DNA from: a bacterium
GTDB lineage: Bacteria; Electryoneota; Electryoneia; Electryoneales; Electryoneaceae
Assembly: GCA_963675295.2 (NCBI GenBank)
Contig: CAXXKJ010000002.1
Location: 2,496,001-2,560,000 of the forward strand
Direction: 5' to 3'
Length of the DNA: 64,000 bases
Shown here: piece after piece, positions 61,426-64,000 of the stretch
Position numbering within the stretch: the stretch's first letter is position 1
How the letters are laid out: every line of letters begins with the position of its first letter
Program-made: the position numbers and the translations under genes
Notes under the pieces: model-generated
The model's input: only the letters and a program-made list of their open reading frames with translations
The model's database searches: none
What the model was told of the DNA's origin: nothing

Positions 61426-63060
61426 ATGAAACGTTTTGGATTGATTTGTCTGTTGGCAACGGTTGCGTTATTCACCTTCCAGGTTGCTGACGCACAGTTT
61501 GTTACTCCCGGTTGGGGCTACGGTATCGAAGGCGGCATCGCAAAGGGTGCCAATGGCGGCCCTGAAACGTGGCAGCCGCAATTCCGCGGTTATTTGCAAA
61601 ACAGCATCATGTCACAAATAGGTATACAGGTTGGCTTCAGTTACACGGAACTTCAAGCGACGAACATCTATTCAACGCAAACCGCAATGTTGGATGCGCG
61701 ACTTCTGTTCAGCCCCTTTCAGTTCATGAGCTCCTACCCTTATGTATACGCTGGCGCGGGAGTTTCGAAAGACTGGGGTGGTGCTGCATCAACAGAATAC
61801 TTACCGGTGATACCCGTCGGGCTTGGACTTGAAACCGCCATCGGGCAGGGACTCAGTCTGCAGTTGAACGGCGGCTACAACCTGGTCCTGTCCGACGAAC
61901 TGGATGGCCGTGTCCGCAACGATAACAACCTTAACAGCATCACAAACGGCCAACAGGATGCCTACTACAATTTGATGGTCGGTTTGGTTTACTCGGGTCC
62001 GATCAAACTGCTCGATCCTGATCGTGACGGATTGGACAGCAAGGACGAGAAACTGTACGGCACGAATCCGGACAAAGCGGATACGGACGGCGACGGACTC
62101 AACGATGGCGAAGAACACAACATTCACAACACCAATCCGCTTCTTGCCGATACGGATAAAGACGGCTTAAGCGATGGTGATGAGATCAACAGGTACGACA
62201 CAAATCCACTGGTTGCTGATTCGGACAAGGACGGCCTGGTCGACGGAGAAGAAGTGAATCTTTATCACTCGAATCCGAAGATCGCAGACAGCGACAACGA
62301 CACCCTGGCTGATGGGATGGAAGTCAAGCAGTACCGAACCGATCCGATGAAGTCAGATACGGATGGCGACGGTCTCAGTGACGCGGATGAAGTCAACAAA
62401 TACAAGTCCGATCCTGTCATGGCAGATAGTGACAACGATGGTCTGAATGATGGTAGCGAAATCGCCTACCACTCCAACCCACTGGTTGCCGATACCGACA
62501 ATGACGGTTTGAGTGACGGTGACGAGGTGAACCGGTACAAAACGGATCCGTCCAAAGCCGACACTGATGGCGATGGCCTGAGCGACGCGGACGAGCTGAA
62601 CAAACATCACACCAATCCGCTGATGGTTGATTCCGATGACGGTGGCATGAATGACGGTGCCGAAATTATGGCGAAAAGGAACCCGCTTGACGCAAAAGAC
62701 GACCTTTTCGACATGTCAAAAGGCACAAAGATCGTTTTGAACGGGATAAACTTTGATACGAACAAGTTTGCCGTTCTGTCAACATCTGAAGGGACGCTCG
62801 AAAGGGCCAGGGCTTCCATGGCAGCCAACCCGGATGTGTCAGTGACACTCTCGGGCTATACGGACAGCGTTGGAAGTGAGGACGCGAACCGGACCTTGTC
62901 GCTGAAACGTGCTCAGTCCGTCAAGGATTGGCTTGTTGCACACGGTATCCCGGCGAGCCGGATCAAGGTGGTTGGTATGGGCGAAGCGGAGCCTATCGGA
63001 TCCAACGACACCGCCGAAGGTCGTGCGCAAAACCGACGGATGGAATTCGCCGTTCTATGA
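61426..63060 (+). CDS. OmpA-family protein: N-terminal beta-barrel, ten Asp-rich Ca-binding (TSP3-like) repeats, OmpA_C domain
   Basis: Signal peptide; DxDxDGLxDxxE...T(N/D)P repeats; GYTDSVG..N..LS..RA, GRAQNRRME. Confidence 0.92.
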   Translation: MKRFGLICLLATVALFTFQVADAQFVTPGWGYGIEGGIAKGANGGPETWQPQFRGYLQNSIMSQIGIQVGFSYTELQATNIYSTQTAMLDARLLFSPFQFMSSYPYVYAGAGVSKDWGGAASTEYLPVIPVGLGLETAIGQGLSLQLNGGYNLVLSDELDGRVRNDNNLNSITNGQQDAYYNLMVGLVYSGPIKLLDPDRDGLDSKDEKLYGTNPDKADTDGDGLNDGEEHNIHNTNPLLADTDKDGLSDGDEINRYDTNPLVADSDKDGLVDGEEVNLYHSNPKIADSDNDTLADGMEVKQYRTDPMKSDTDGDGLSDADEVNKYKSDPVMADSDNDGLNDGSEIAYHSNPLVADTDNDGLSDGDEVNRYKTDPSKADTDGDGLSDADELNKHHTNPLMVDSDDGGMNDGAEIMAKRNPLDAKDDLFDMSKGTKIVLNGINFDTNKFAVLSTSEGTLERARASMAANPDVSVTLSGYTDSVGSEDANRTLSLKRAQSVKDWLVAHGIPASRIKVVGMGEAEPIGSNDTAEGRAQNRRMEFAVL

Positions 63061-63631
63061 TCGTTAAACTATAGATAATAATAACAGTCTTATATGTCAC
63101 TTAAAGGGGAGATGCACCGGACGTTTTCAATGCTCATGCATCGATATCTGGTAGTATCTCCCCTGCTTAATGGTCGACTGCGCCCAAACGAAAGGATAAA
63201 ACATGTTTTGGATACTTGCAACACTTCTATTTTTCCTCTGGTTCATAGGGTTAATCACATCTTATACAATGGGGGGATATATCCATATAATTCTTATTTT
63301 AGCGGCAATATCTATATTAATTATTTTATTTAAACGGAAACGAATATTATCTTAAAATATTTAATGCAATTTAGTTAGCATTAATTATATATTTTAAATT
63401 TAATCTATGGAATACGGACTTATAACTAAACTCACTAGTTGGTTTAACGAGATACATATAGTGATAACACATACGACTTGCTGACATGCAAGCAGGTTGC
63501 ATCAATCAAAACGATTTGTCGGTAGCAGTGAATAGGCAAAGCAGGCTCGTTACAAGCGGTGAGACAACAAAAAGCCGTCAAATCGTTTTATTGGCTACTG
63601 ATCACAGCCTTCAAGTAGAAAGGGATATACC

Positions 63632-64000
63632 ATGATAGATCAGAATATCATGTACATCATCGCACTTCTAGTGCTGGTGCTGTTTCTTATTACAGTGGCC
63701 AAAGCTACGTTTTTTACAGTTCAGCAGCGTTCTGTCACAGTCATACAGCGTTTTGGGAAGTTTGTTCGTGAAGCGGGACCTGGCATTCATACGAAGATAC
63801 CTTTCATCGACAGAATCGTCGGCCGGGTCAACATGCGTGTCCAACAACTGGATGTTGAGATTGAAACAAAAACCGAGGACAATGTCTTTGTTCGCATGTT
63901 AGTCTCTGTGCAGTATTATGCACTGCCAGATAAGGTCTACGATGCATTTTACAAGCTGGAGAATGCAAATAGGCAAATAACATCCTACGTGTTCGACGTT
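63632..64000 (+). CDS. SPFH/Band-7 domain protein (3'-truncated by the window edge)
   Basis: My translation: TM, then FFTVQQ...IQRFGKF...GPGIHTKIPFIDRI...RVQQLDVEIETKTEDNVFV...DAFYKL. Confidence 0.9.
   Translation, partial: MIDQNIMYIIALLVLVLFLITVAKATFFTVQQRSVTVIQRFGKFVREAGPGIHTKIPFIDRIVGRVNMRVQQLDVEIETKTEDNVFVRMLVSVQYYALPDKVYDAFYKLENANRQITSYVFDV

Noticed and set aside
62005-62705. CRISPR-like periodicity
   Set aside because: These are in-frame protein repeats with synonymous divergence; there are no identical DNA repeats with spacers and no cas genes.

Overview
GC-rich bacterial chromosomal segment. Gene content (T9SS-type C-terminal sorting domains, TonB-dependent receptors, dense D-S/T-x sequons) suggests an FCB-superphylum organism; this is an inference. 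Positions ~1-54.7 kb are core-like: CIRCE-controlled groES-groEL, a surface-polysaccharide cluster running into serS-trkA-trkH, guaB, rpsT, cobB, pyrK-pyrD, rlpA, cdsA, tRNA-Asp, rocD, glgP, purL, marR-yceI, a TPP-riboswitch-controlled TonB receptor plus Na+:solute symporter, fahA and initiator tRNA-Met. After tRNA-fMet comes an accessory region: a phage-satellite-like module with no integrase in the window (xis-like HTH, DUF5681-like, primase-helicase, candidate iteron origin), decayed genes and AT-richer cargo. The most striking unexplained structure is a four-helix-bundle (23S-IVS/Avd-like) gene inserted between trkA and trkH. It is bracketed by two inverted 5x7-nt repeat arrays that can pair into a ~35-bp stem on the mRNA strand, and related solo or empty heptamer arrays occur in other intergenic regions. 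A multi-hairpin, switch-like RNA candidate lies between the TonB receptor and the symporter. No CRISPR array or rRNA was seen.
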